Shown in pieces: positions 56,233 to 64,000 of a DNA stretch of 64,000 bases. This DNA comes from Patescibacteria group bacterium. GTDB lineage: Bacteria; Patescibacteriota; Patescibacteriia; UBA9934; GWF2-40-263. The stretch is from NCBI GenBank assembly GCA_004297215.1, contig SCUM01000001.1:481181-545180 (forward strand), written 5' to 3'. The notes below the pieces were generated by a model, which did not search any database, had not been told where the DNA came from, and saw only the letters and a list, made by a program, of their open reading frames with translations. The position numbers and the translations under genes are program-made. How positions within the stretch are numbered: position 1 is the stretch's first letter; every line of letters begins with the position of its first letter.

Positions 56233-56768
56233 TGACCTGCATCTTCTGCGACATAGTTGCCGGCAAGGCGCCTTCGCATCCCATCTGGGAGGACGACCAT
56301 CATCTGGCGTTCCTCTCCATCTTCCCGAACACCGAAGGCGCTTCCGTCGTCGTCCCCAAGCGTCACTCCCCGAGCTACGCGTTCGACGTCCACGACGACG
56401 TGCTCATCGACCTCGTTCTCGCCACCGGGCACGTGGCGCGGCGCCTCGACGGGGCGCTCCAGGGCGTCGGACGCACCGCCATGGTGCTGGAGGGGTTCGG
56501 CGTCGACCACCTCCACGCCAAGCTGTTCCCCATGCACGGCACGCAGATGGCCGAGTGGCGTCCGGTTTCCTCGACGGTTCGTACCCACTACGCGACCTAC
56601 CCGGGCTTCATCGCTTCCCACGACGGGGAGCGCGCTGACGAAGCCGCGCTCGCCTCGCTCGCGGCGAAGATCCGCAGCCACATCTCAAGAGCCGACATGC
56701 ATGAGGACCACTTGGATCGGAAGGTGCCGGTGCAACGGAAATGGATACGGACAGGTGATATGCCCTGA
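56232..56768 (+). CDS. HIT-family (histidine triad) hydrolase.
   Basis: CIFCDI N-terminal zinc-binding region; histidine triad GVDHLHAKLFP. Confidence 0.75.
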   Translation: MTCIFCDIVAGKAPSHPIWEDDHHLAFLSIFPNTEGASVVVPKRHSPSYAFDVHDDVLIDLVLATGHVARRLDGALQGVGRTAMVLEGFGVDHLHAKLFPMHGTQMAEWRPVSSTVRTHYATYPGFIASHDGERADEAALASLAAKIRSHISRADMHEDHLDRKVPVQRKWIRTGDMP

Positions 56769-56809
56769 TTGATCTTGGTTTAAGTAGTGACAATTAGTCG
56801 GAGGCATGG

Positions 56810-57025
56810 ATGTCACAGCTGAACGTTGATGGGCTCACTCCCGAAGAGATCAAGCTCCTTGAAACGCTCGCGAACACGCTGCGCGCGTCGCGCGACCGGG
56901 AAGCGGTGCGCGAGAGTTTCCGGACTCGCTGGGAGGAGTGGACCCGGACGGCCCCCTCGCTCTCGGAAGAAGAGGTGGGCACTGCCATCGCCGAGGCGAT
57001 CGCTGAGGTCCGGGGACATGTGTGA
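56810..57025 (+). CDS. Hypothetical small protein.
   Basis: 71 aa, acidic, helical. Confidence 0.3.
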   Translation: MSQLNVDGLTPEEIKLLETLANTLRASRDREAVRESFRTRWEEWTRTAPSLSEEEVGTAIAEAIAEVRGHV

Positions 57026-57267
57026 TTAGGGCGGCTGTTCGGCGCCGACGAGGCCGGAGCCGATGGTCGTCCCGGGCGCGTCCGCGCTCTGGCGGATTTG
57101 GCGCCGCCGACGGAGCGGCGCCATGACCGAGATGCCGAAAAGGCCGAGGGCGTTGGCCCACGGTTGCATTGATATCGTGAATGCTGGACAATTCCTTTAT
57201 TTCATGGTTAGTATTTGTCGATCCGTGGATGCGCCACGGTTCACGGAAAAACCAAAGGGAGTCGGTC

Positions 57268-57546
57268 ATGGCATCCCCCATCCAAGTCTCGTTTGAGGCG
57301 CCGATAAGCAGGGCGCGCAAGGCGGAGGTCGTGCGTCGAACGCGCCAGCGCATCGCGATCGAGCTCTTCAAGGACAGCACGTGGTCCGCGGGGCTCGCGG
57401 CCAAGATGTGCGGCCTCACCTACCGTGACTTCCTCGAGCTGCTCCGGAAGGAGGGCGTCACGTATTCGCGCCCCGTGAAGGGGGCCACGGCGGCAGGGCG
57501 ACGGGCACTCTCCGGTGTCAGGCGTCGCGGCGCCGTGGGCCGATGA
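57268..57546 (+). CDS. UPF0175-family antitoxin-like protein.
   Basis: RBS aaaggga precedes the start. MASPIQVSFEAPISRARKAEVVRRTRQRIAIELFKDSTWSAGLAAKMCGLTYRDFLELLRKEGV fits the UPF0175 HTH pattern. Confidence 0.55.
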   Translation: MASPIQVSFEAPISRARKAEVVRRTRQRIAIELFKDSTWSAGLAAKMCGLTYRDFLELLRKEGVTYSRPVKGATAAGRRALSGVRRRGAVGR

Positions 57547-58046
57547 AGCTGATCGTTGACGCCGGACCGGTCATCGTCCTTTCCCAGATCGGCCGCATCG
57601 ACATCCTCCCCGAGTTCTTCGACCCGGTGGTCGTGCCCAGGGAGGTCGCGCATGAGCTCGCACGCCCGGGGGACACACGGCCGGGATCGGGGTTCGTCAG
57701 CTTGCCGTGGGTGCGCGTCGAGCATGCCGATCCCAGACACGAGAGCCTCTTGCCGCCCGCGCACGGTCTCCACCGCGGAGAAGCCTCGGCGCTCATCCTG
57801 GCGGTTCAAGCTCTCCAAGCCGGCGAGGAGATGAGGGTGCTCATCGACGACGCCGCGGCGGTCAAGGCGGCCACCGCCTTGGGCGTGCCCTTCTTCCGAG
57901 TCGGCAACCTGCTCGTCCATGCCGCGCAGGAGGGCGTCATCGACCTCGCGGCCGCCGAAGCCGCGGTGCGCCAGCTCGCGGCTTGCAGGTACATCGACGC
58001 GCGCGTGGAACGCCGGCTCCTCGCCGACCTCGCGAAGCGACGGTGA
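57543..58046 (+). CDS. DUF3368 / PIN-like nucleic-acid-binding protein, the putative toxin partner.
   Basis: MKLIVDAGPVIVLSQIGRIDILPEFF… D-rich PIN-like N-terminus. ATGA overlap with the antitoxin. Confidence 0.55.
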   Translation: MKLIVDAGPVIVLSQIGRIDILPEFFDPVVVPREVAHELARPGDTRPGSGFVSLPWVRVEHADPRHESLLPPAHGLHRGEASALILAVQALQAGEEMRVLIDDAAAVKAATALGVPFFRVGNLLVHAAQEGVIDLAAAEAAVRQLAACRYIDARVERRLLADLAKRR

Positions 58047-58284
58047 CGAACCTCCGCCACGACGATCAGGAACGCAGAGGGTCCGAAAGGGCCCTCTTTT
58101 TTTCGCCTTCCCTCGGCACGGCATGGGGGCATGACCATGGCTTCCAGCCTCCCACGCGCGGGCGAGGCGGCGCACGATCCGCTCGTATGGCCCGCCTCCG
58201 CGATTTGACGCGTTCGTCGCTTCGATCAATTGATGGAGGCGGCCTCCCTTCGACAGCTAACCCTGCCCTATGACCCCCTGCGTG

Positions 58285-59736
58285 ATGTACACGCGGGTCT
58301 CGTCGGAAGAGCAGGCGAAGGTGGGGTACTCGATCCCTTTCCAGCGCGCCCGGCTCGAGGCTCACGCGCTCGACCGCGGCCTCGAGGTCGTCGAGCGCTT
58401 CGAGGACGTCCACAGCGCCAAGCAGACGGGGCGCCCGTCCTTCGAACGGCTGCTGCGATACGTCGAGGCGCACCCCCTCGTGCGCACGGTGCTCGTCCAC
58501 CGGGTGGACCGGCTCATCAGGAACCACTACGAGTACGGCCTGCTCGTCGAGCAGCTCGGGCTGCGCGTGCTCTCCGTCGTGGAACCGGCCGAGGACAGCG
58601 CGGCCGGGCGCCTGCAGCACGGGGTCTCGGTGGTGATGGCCAAGTACCACTCGGACAACCTCTCCCAGGAGGTCGTGAAGGGGCTGCGCGCGAAGTTCGA
58701 GGCCGGCGGCTGCGTCACGAAGGCGCCCGTCGGCTACAAGAACGTCACGCGCACCCGCACGGAGAAGGCCAAGGTCATCGTCGACGGCAAGACGGCTCCC
58801 GCCGTGCGTCAGCTCTTCGAGACGTACGCGACGGGGCAACACAGCCTGGGCTCACTGGCCGAGGAGTTCTCCGATCTCGGGCTCACGACGAAGGACGGCC
58901 ACCGCTTCACCGACGAGCGGGTGAAGCGCGTCCTGCAGCACCCGTTCTACGCCGGCCTGGTCCGCTATCGCGGTGACGTCCACGAGGGCACCCACCCGCC
59001 CCTCGTGTCCCGCGAGCTGTTCGAGCGCGTGCAGAGCGTCATCCGCGGCCGCAGCGACGTGCACGGAGCCAAGGGGAGCAAGTTCTTCCTCCTGCGCGGG
59101 CTGCTCTGGTGCGGCACGTGCGGCACAAAGCTCACCGCCGAGGACCACCCAAAGGGCAGCTATTACCGCTGCCTCCCTGGCCCCGATGGACGACGCGGAT
59201 CCTGCCCGTACGTGCGGGTGCGCGCCCTCGACGGCCAGGTCGTCGCGCTGCTCAAGCTCATCGAGCTCACGCCGGCATTGAAGGCCGAAGCACTCGTGAG
59301 GCTCCAGGCTGAGGACGCCGCGCGGGCGAAAGCTAGGGTGACAGACGAACCCAAGCTGCTTGAGCGCAAGCGCAAGCTCGAGGACAAGCTCGCCCGCCTC
59401 ACGGACGCCCTCGCCGACGGCACCCTTCCCAAGGAGGAGTACCGCGCCCGCCGTCTCGCGATCGACGACGACCTCCGCGAGGTCGATGAACGGACCGCCT
59501 TCCTCAACGAGGACTTCACGGCGCTGCTCGGCAACCACGAGGTCGCCATCGAGACCGCCGCGTCCCTCACCGCGTTCTACGGGTCGGCGGCCACCGAGGA
59601 GGAGCGCAAGACCCACCTGCGCCGCGTCTTCCAGCGGATCGAGGTCACGAACAAGGAAATCACAGGAATCGAGTACAACCCGCCGTTCGACCTGCTCCTG
59701 ACGAACCCCGTCAAAGCAGGTTCGAGGATGTCGTGA
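58285..59736 (+). CDS. Large serine recombinase (resolvase N-domain, recombinase domain and zinc ribbon).
   Basis: YTRVSSEEQ catalytic-Ser motif, …VLVHRVDRLIRN…, zinc ribbon CGTCGTKL…CPYVR, and a coiled-coil C-terminus. Confidence 0.85.
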   Translation: MYTRVSSEEQAKVGYSIPFQRARLEAHALDRGLEVVERFEDVHSAKQTGRPSFERLLRYVEAHPLVRTVLVHRVDRLIRNHYEYGLLVEQLGLRVLSVVEPAEDSAAGRLQHGVSVVMAKYHSDNLSQEVVKGLRAKFEAGGCVTKAPVGYKNVTRTRTEKAKVIVDGKTAPAVRQLFETYATGQHSLGSLAEEFSDLGLTTKDGHRFTDERVKRVLQHPFYAGLVRYRGDVHEGTHPPLVSRELFERVQSVIRGRSDVHGAKGSKFFLLRGLLWCGTCGTKLTAEDHPKGSYYRCLPGPDGRRGSCPYVRVRALDGQVVALLKLIELTPALKAEALVRLQAEDAARAKARVTDEPKLLERKRKLEDKLARLTDALADGTLPKEEYRARRLAIDDDLREVDERTAFLNEDFTALLGNHEVAIETAASLTAFYGSAATEEERKTHLRRVFQRIEVTNKEITGIEYNPPFDLLLTNPVKAGSRMS

Positions 59737-59812
59737 AGTGCGCGCTCGTGGGGAAGCATCGTGACTGGACGATGCCGCCCCGCCCCTCAAGGAATCTCCC
59801 TTGATGAGCACC

Positions 59813-59845
59813 AAAAACACCCGCATGAAGCGGGTGTTTTTGTTT
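59813..59845. terminator. Bidirectional rho-independent terminator.
   Basis: aaaaacacccgcatgaagcgggtgtttttgttt serves the convergent genes on both sides. Confidence 0.7.
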
Positions 59846-59848
59846 GTG

Positions 59849-60604
59849 TCAGAACATCCTGCTGCGTCCGGTGATGACCTTCAGCATCTTGGGCTCGATG
59901 GAAATGTCGAACCGGTCGGAGGTCATCTCCTCGCCGTCGGCCACGATGGTGAACGGCTTGTCGTCGCGCAGCTCCATGCGCGTGAACGGGAGCACGGTGC
60001 GGCCCATCTTGGGCTTCCGGAAGAACCTCCATCCGCGCGGCTCCTCCACCTCGAGGACGGCTTCCAATTTGCCGTCGCGCGGATCGGCCACCTGCTCCGG
60101 GCTGGGTACGAACCCCACCGCCAGGTTGCGCACCTGCAGGCTCCCGGCCTTCTTGGGCCGCATCCGGAACGACGCGCAGGAGATCTCGGCCCTGAACGGG
60201 GCGCAGGCGATGCCGGCCAGGAACCGCTTCCCGTTCACCACCCCCATGTCGATCGTCTCCACGATGCGGCCGGACAAGACGTCGCAGGCCTCCACCCCCT
60301 CCGGGATGCCGAGCAGGCGCGCCAGGAATGTGGGGGCGCCAAGCGGGATATAGCCGAAGGTGGTGCCGGGATATTCCGCCACCACGTCGAGCACGCGCCG
60401 CGCCGTCTCGTCGTTCCCGACCGCCACGACCGTCGCGAGCCCGCGCGACACCTCGCCCGCGATGATCTCGGAGGGGTCGCGAAAGAGGGCCAGGCGCACC
60501 ACCTTGCCGCTCAAACCGAGATCCGTGAGGCGCGACTCGATGTCGGCGAGTTCCTTCTGGAACTTCGGTTTTTGGACGAACTCATCGTAAATGTACCCGT
60601 ACAC
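59849..60604 (-). CDS. Diacylglycerol-kinase-catalytic-domain lipid kinase (YegS/BmrU-like).
   Basis: …ATVVAVGNDETARRVLDVV…GYIPLGAPTF… matches the DAGK_cat fold pattern. 251 aa. Confidence 0.5.
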   Translation of the reverse strand: MYGYIYDEFVQKPKFQKELADIESRLTDLGLSGKVVRLALFRDPSEIIAGEVSRGLATVVAVGNDETARRVLDVVAEYPGTTFGYIPLGAPTFLARLLGIPEGVEACDVLSGRIVETIDMGVVNGKRFLAGIACAPFRAEISCASFRMRPKKAGSLQVRNLAVGFVPSPEQVADPRDGKLEAVLEVEEPRGWRFFRKPKMGRTVLPFTRMELRDDKPFTIVADGEEMTSDRFDISIEPKMLKVITGRSRMF

Positions 60605-60608
60605 ATCG

Positions 60609-60983
60609 CTACTCCTCCGTCGCGGCGGCCTCCACGACGCCCATGCTGATGCGGCCGTTCACCACCGCGCCCGGCGCGACGGAGAGCATCTGCGCCTCGA
60701 TGTCGCCGTGCACGCGCGAGGACTCGAGCAGGTCGAGCCGGTCCGTGACGCGGATGTTGCCGGCCACCTCGCCGGCCACCACGGCGGAGGCGGCCGAGAC
60801 GTCGGCCTGGATGCGGGCGCTTTCGCCCACGCGCAACGACGCGTCGGTGTGCACCGTCCCCATCACCTCCCCGTCGATCACCACGTCGCCTTTGCTCTGA
60901 AAATCCCCCTCCACGCGGACCCCCGTGGCGATGATGGTGTCGGCATGGCTGTTCTGCATGCCTCCCTCGGAACGTTTGAACAT
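60609..60983 (-). CDS. Bactofilin-family cytoskeletal protein.
   Basis: Beta-helical repeats IATGVRVEGDFQSKGDVVIDGEVMGTV…ARIQADVSAASAVVAGEVAGNIRV. Confidence 0.8.
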   Translation of the reverse strand: MFKRSEGGMQNSHADTIIATGVRVEGDFQSKGDVVIDGEVMGTVHTDASLRVGESARIQADVSAASAVVAGEVAGNIRVTDRLDLLESSRVHGDIEAQMLSVAPGAVVNGRISMGVVEAAATEE

Positions 60984-61040
60984 ACCCGATATTCGTTTGT
61001 TTCCCTTACGGTACCGCGCCTCCGGACCATTGTGAAGGCG

Positions 61041-62390
61041 TCAGGGCCTTGAAAGCGGCAGGCGCACGGTAAACGCGGAACCCTTCCCCGCGCCTTCGCT
61101 TTCGGCCTCGATGGACCCGTGCATGGCCTCCATGAGCTTGCGTACCACGTACAGCCCGAGCCCGGAAGAGGATTTCACGTTCTTCGACGCGCTCCCGCGG
61201 GCGAATTTCTGGAACAGCTTCCGCTTGTCCGCCTCGCTCAGCCCGTAGCCCGTGTCCTTCACCTCGACCACCGCCTGGCGGCCTTCCGCGCGCACGGTGA
61301 CGGTGACCTTCCCCTCAGCCGTGTATTTCACCGCGTTGTCGACGAGGTTCATGAACACCTCCTTGAGCTTGTCGGCGTCCGCGAGCACGGTCACCGGCTT
61401 CTTCGGCGCGTCGCAGGTGAGCGACAGCCCCGCCTCCTTGGCCTTGGGACCGATGAACGACGTGATCCATCGGCAGATCTCGGTGACGTCCACCTTGTCC
61501 TCGCGCACGGCGAGCCGCCCGGATTCGATGCGGGTGAGGTCGAGCAGGTGGTTCACGAGCAGGATGAGCGACTCCGTGCTCGTGCGCAGGGTCTCGAGCG
61601 CCGCATGCTGTTTCTTGTTGACCTTCCCTACCATGCCGTCCTCGAGCATGGCCACGTACCCCTTGGTGACCGCGAGCGGGGTACGCAGCTGGTGCGACGC
61701 GATGGAAAGGAATTCGGTCTTGAGCGCGTCGAGGTCCTTGAGCTTCCTATTGGCCGCGCGCAGCTTCTCCATGGCGTCCTGGAGCGACTCGTACGTCTGC
61801 GCCTTCTGGATGGCGATCACGATGAGGCTCATGAGGCCGTCGAGCGTCTCGCGCTCGTACTCCGTGAGGTCGCTCCCGTCCCGGTTGAGGCCAACGGCGA
61901 TCACCCCGACCGCCTCCTGGTCGGAGTGGAGCGGGAGAACGAGGACGCTCTGCACGCCGGACTCCGTCTCGAACGCGGTGACGCGCGAGGCGCCGTAGGA
62001 AGGGACGAACACGTCCTTGAGGTCCTTCGTGCGGACGATCTTTCCTTGCCGGATCGCCTTCACGCAGGCGTTCGTCCTGCTTGCCAACGGGATCGGGCGA
62101 CCGGTAGGGACCTCGGCGCACAGGCCGTCGTGCGAGCTGGCGCAGGCGACCGCGCGCCAATGGAGCGAACGCCCTTCGGCAAGCGCGATCGCGATGATGC
62201 GGTAGTTGAACTCGGCGGCGAGGATGCGCACGATCTCCGCCGCCATGGGCGAGACCTCGAGCGAGGTCATGGCCGAGGCGTCGAGCCGGCGCAGGAGCGC
62301 CATGGTCTTGTTGCGCACCGCGAGCTCCGCGTTCTTCGCGTACAGCTCGCGGTTGACCGAGTCGAGCAGCTGGCGGGACGCGACCGCCAT
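61041..62390 (-). CDS. Cytoplasmic GAF-domain sensor histidine kinase.
   Basis: GAF region, HisKA H-box FLSIASHQLRTPL, and HATPase N/G boxes (NLVDNAVKYT, DTGYGL, GLGLYVV). Confidence 0.85.
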   Translation of the reverse strand: MAVASRQLLDSVNRELYAKNAELAVRNKTMALLRRLDASAMTSLEVSPMAAEIVRILAAEFNYRIIAIALAEGRSLHWRAVACASSHDGLCAEVPTGRPIPLASRTNACVKAIRQGKIVRTKDLKDVFVPSYGASRVTAFETESGVQSVLVLPLHSDQEAVGVIAVGLNRDGSDLTEYERETLDGLMSLIVIAIQKAQTYESLQDAMEKLRAANRKLKDLDALKTEFLSIASHQLRTPLAVTKGYVAMLEDGMVGKVNKKQHAALETLRTSTESLILLVNHLLDLTRIESGRLAVREDKVDVTEICRWITSFIGPKAKEAGLSLTCDAPKKPVTVLADADKLKEVFMNLVDNAVKYTAEGKVTVTVRAEGRQAVVEVKDTGYGLSEADKRKLFQKFARGSASKNVKSSSGLGLYVVRKLMEAMHGSIEAESEGAGKGSAFTVRLPLSRP

Positions 62391-62392
62391 AG

Positions 62393-62665
62393 CTAACGCA
62401 ACACGTCGGGCACGTCAGCGGCGGCCATGTCCGGGATGAGCGTCTTCACCGCGTCGCGGCAGACTTCCACGGACGCCGGGCCGAACAGCCCTTCATAACG
62501 GCCGACGAGGCGCGTGAGGACCTCCTTCGAGCTCCCCGAAATCCCCACCTTCTTTCCCGACACCTTGAGCCCGGGCACCTTTTCCGCCTCACGCCAAGCC
62601 AACGGCCCGATCACGAGCTCCTGTTCCTTGATGATGCGTTCGGCGAGGATGGATGCGGCGGGCAT
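62393..62665 (-). CDS. Hypothetical small protein.
   Basis: 90 aa; abuts the HK gene start; no family recognised. Confidence 0.3.
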   Translation of the reverse strand: MPAASILAERIIKEQELVIGPLAWREAEKVPGLKVSGKKVGISGSSKEVLTRLVGRYEGLFGPASVEVCRDAVKTLIPDMAAADVPDVLR

Positions 62666-62745
62666 ACTCCGTCAAGGGTATCACGTTTCCATTTGCCGCG
62701 GGAGTGCCCGGCGCGTACCATGTGCCGCGAACCGTATCCCCACGC

Positions 62746-63648
62746 ATGCCAAGCGCCTTCCCGAACTTCGAACCGCTGGGACTCGAGCACAAGCCGCTCG
62801 TCGAATCGTACGCATCCAAGTTCCCGCCCTATTCGGATTTCAATTTCACCAGCCTGTACTGCTACAACACCACCGGAAGCGTTGGCGTGTGCACCCTGAA
62901 CGACAATCTCGTCGTCCGCTTCAGCGACTACCTCACCTGCAGGCCATTCTATTCCTTCCTGGGGGACGTCAAGACGAGCGAGACGGCCCACGCGCTGCTT
63001 GAGCACGCGAAAAAGGAAGGAGGAGAGGCGGAGCTGAAGCTGGTCCCCGAATCTGCCGTCCACGGCCTCGACCGCGCGAAATTCCGCGTAGAGGAGGACG
63101 GGGACAACGTCGATTACGTCCTTTCGATCGATAGGCTCGAATCGTATGAGGGAAGCAAGCTGAAGCCCCATCGGAACGCCGTCACTCGTTTTTTGCGTTC
63201 GCATCGACCCGAGACGCGCCGCCTGGACCTGACGGATCCCGCCATCGAGGAGATGCTTACGACATTCTTCCTGCATTGGGTCGAACAAAGGAAGATCCCG
63301 TTCTCCGAGGCGGAAAACGAGTTCAAGGCGATGTCCAACCTCTTCAAGCTTCTTCCTCACGAACCTATTTTCGGCATCGGCATCTTCGTCGACGGGACGC
63401 TTGCGGGTTTCTCGATCAGCGAGATCCTCTCCGAAGGATATGCGACCATCCACTATGAGAAGGGGGATCCGTCGCGTTATATAGGCATCTACGAATACGT
63501 CACGCAGGAGACGGCCAAGATCCTTTCAGGAATGGGCTGCATGCACATCAATTACCAGCAAGACATGGGGCTGCCAGGCCTCAAGGCATACAAGAAGGGA
63601 TACCACCCCGCCTCCTACCTCCGAAAATTCCGCGTTTCGTGGAAGTAG
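62746..63648 (+). CDS. DUF2156-domain protein (related to the C-terminal aminoacyl-phosphatidylglycerol synthase domain of MprF).
   Basis: About 300 aa with an acyltransferase-like fold pattern (…FVDGTLAGFSISEILSEGYATIHYEKGD…). Confidence 0.5.
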   Translation: MPSAFPNFEPLGLEHKPLVESYASKFPPYSDFNFTSLYCYNTTGSVGVCTLNDNLVVRFSDYLTCRPFYSFLGDVKTSETAHALLEHAKKEGGEAELKLVPESAVHGLDRAKFRVEEDGDNVDYVLSIDRLESYEGSKLKPHRNAVTRFLRSHRPETRRLDLTDPAIEEMLTTFFLHWVEQRKIPFSEAENEFKAMSNLFKLLPHEPIFGIGIFVDGTLAGFSISEILSEGYATIHYEKGDPSRYIGIYEYVTQETAKILSGMGCMHINYQQDMGLPGLKAYKKGYHPASYLRKFRVSWK

Positions 63649-63679
63649 ATCCGCGCTTGTGATACCATTTCCTTACCTA

Positions 63680-64000
63680 TGAAGTCCCCCGAATCGAAAC
63701 GGCTGCGAGACGACTGGTCCTTGATGGTCGCCGTGGTGCTGTTCGCGGCCCATCTGGCATGGTGGGCGGCGTTGACCTTTACGAACGCCCCCGATGAGAC
63801 GAAAGCGATCTGGGGGGCCTCCTATCAGACGGTCGCGCTCTGGGGCGGCATCTGTGGACTCATCATCGCCCGCTCCTGGGGCGGGATGGGAAGCGTGATG
63901 GGGCGGTCCGTGGGCGCGTTCGCGCTCGGCCTTCTGCTGCAGAACCTCGGACAGAGCGTGTTCAGCTATTACAACGTCATCGCGCACGTGGAGATGCCCT
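63680..64000 (+). CDS. Membrane protein, 5' partial (runs off the window end).
   Basis: MKSPESKRLRDDWSLMVAVVLFAAHLAWWAALTF…; hydrophobic helices; no stop within the window. Confidence 0.4.

Larger units (their letters stand above)
53864..59845. mobile_element. Putative second genomic island: low-GC lipoprotein, hypothetical genes, HIT hydrolase, toxin-antitoxin-like pair and a large serine recombinase.
   Basis: GC drops to about 50% at 54.1-55.2 kb. The recombinase and TA module cluster together, and a terminal bidirectional terminator follows. Confidence 0.3.

Overview
This 64-kb window is gene-dense bacterial DNA with high GC (about 65% by eye). Housekeeping genes are serS, rsmA/ksgA, prfB with its +1 programmed frameshift, groES-groEL, a short-form yidC, nusA, yraN, and tRNA-Val and tRNA-Ser. 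There is also an NAD-dependent epimerase. Interleaved with them are two giant secreted Cys-rich proteins (3167 aa and 1654 aa), each translationally coupled to a small partner gene, and many lipoproteins. There is no rRNA and no CRISPR array. The window is rich in mobile DNA. (1) A REP-associated tyrosine transposase (RAYT) is flanked by five copies of the 19-21 bp palindrome TCCAACACCCGGTGTTGGA, and a REP doublet lies in frame inside another ORF. (2) A family of about 140-bp low-GC elements with terminal inverted repeats occurs at three intergenic sites; one copy carries a four-helix-bundle (IVS/Avd-like) gene between its arms. (3) Two nearly identical 98-bp double-hairpin elements sit in frame inside ksgA, adding a 32-aa peptide twice, much like Rickettsia palindromic elements. 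(4) An IS4-family transposase. (5) A roughly 17-kb block (36.0-53.7 kb) is bounded by two tyrosine recombinases, with an excisionase next to the terminal integrase. Its cargo includes two replication-relaxation genes, an XRE regulator and a membrane-protein plus P-loop ATPase module, so it looks like an integrative and mobilizable or conjugative element. (6) A serine-recombinase island carries a UPF0175/DUF3368 toxin-antitoxin-like pair, a HIT hydrolase and a low-GC lipoprotein. groEL also shows a sharp internal GC drop (5' end about 60% GC, the 3' 1.2 kb about 40-48%), which suggests a mosaic gene. The gene content (four-helix-bundle protein, short YidC, giant surface proteins, compact overlapping genes) hints at a small-genome lineage, but the high GC makes that uncertain. 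Intergenic coordinates were read by eye and may be off by 1-2 nt; CDS ends follow the supplied ORF track.
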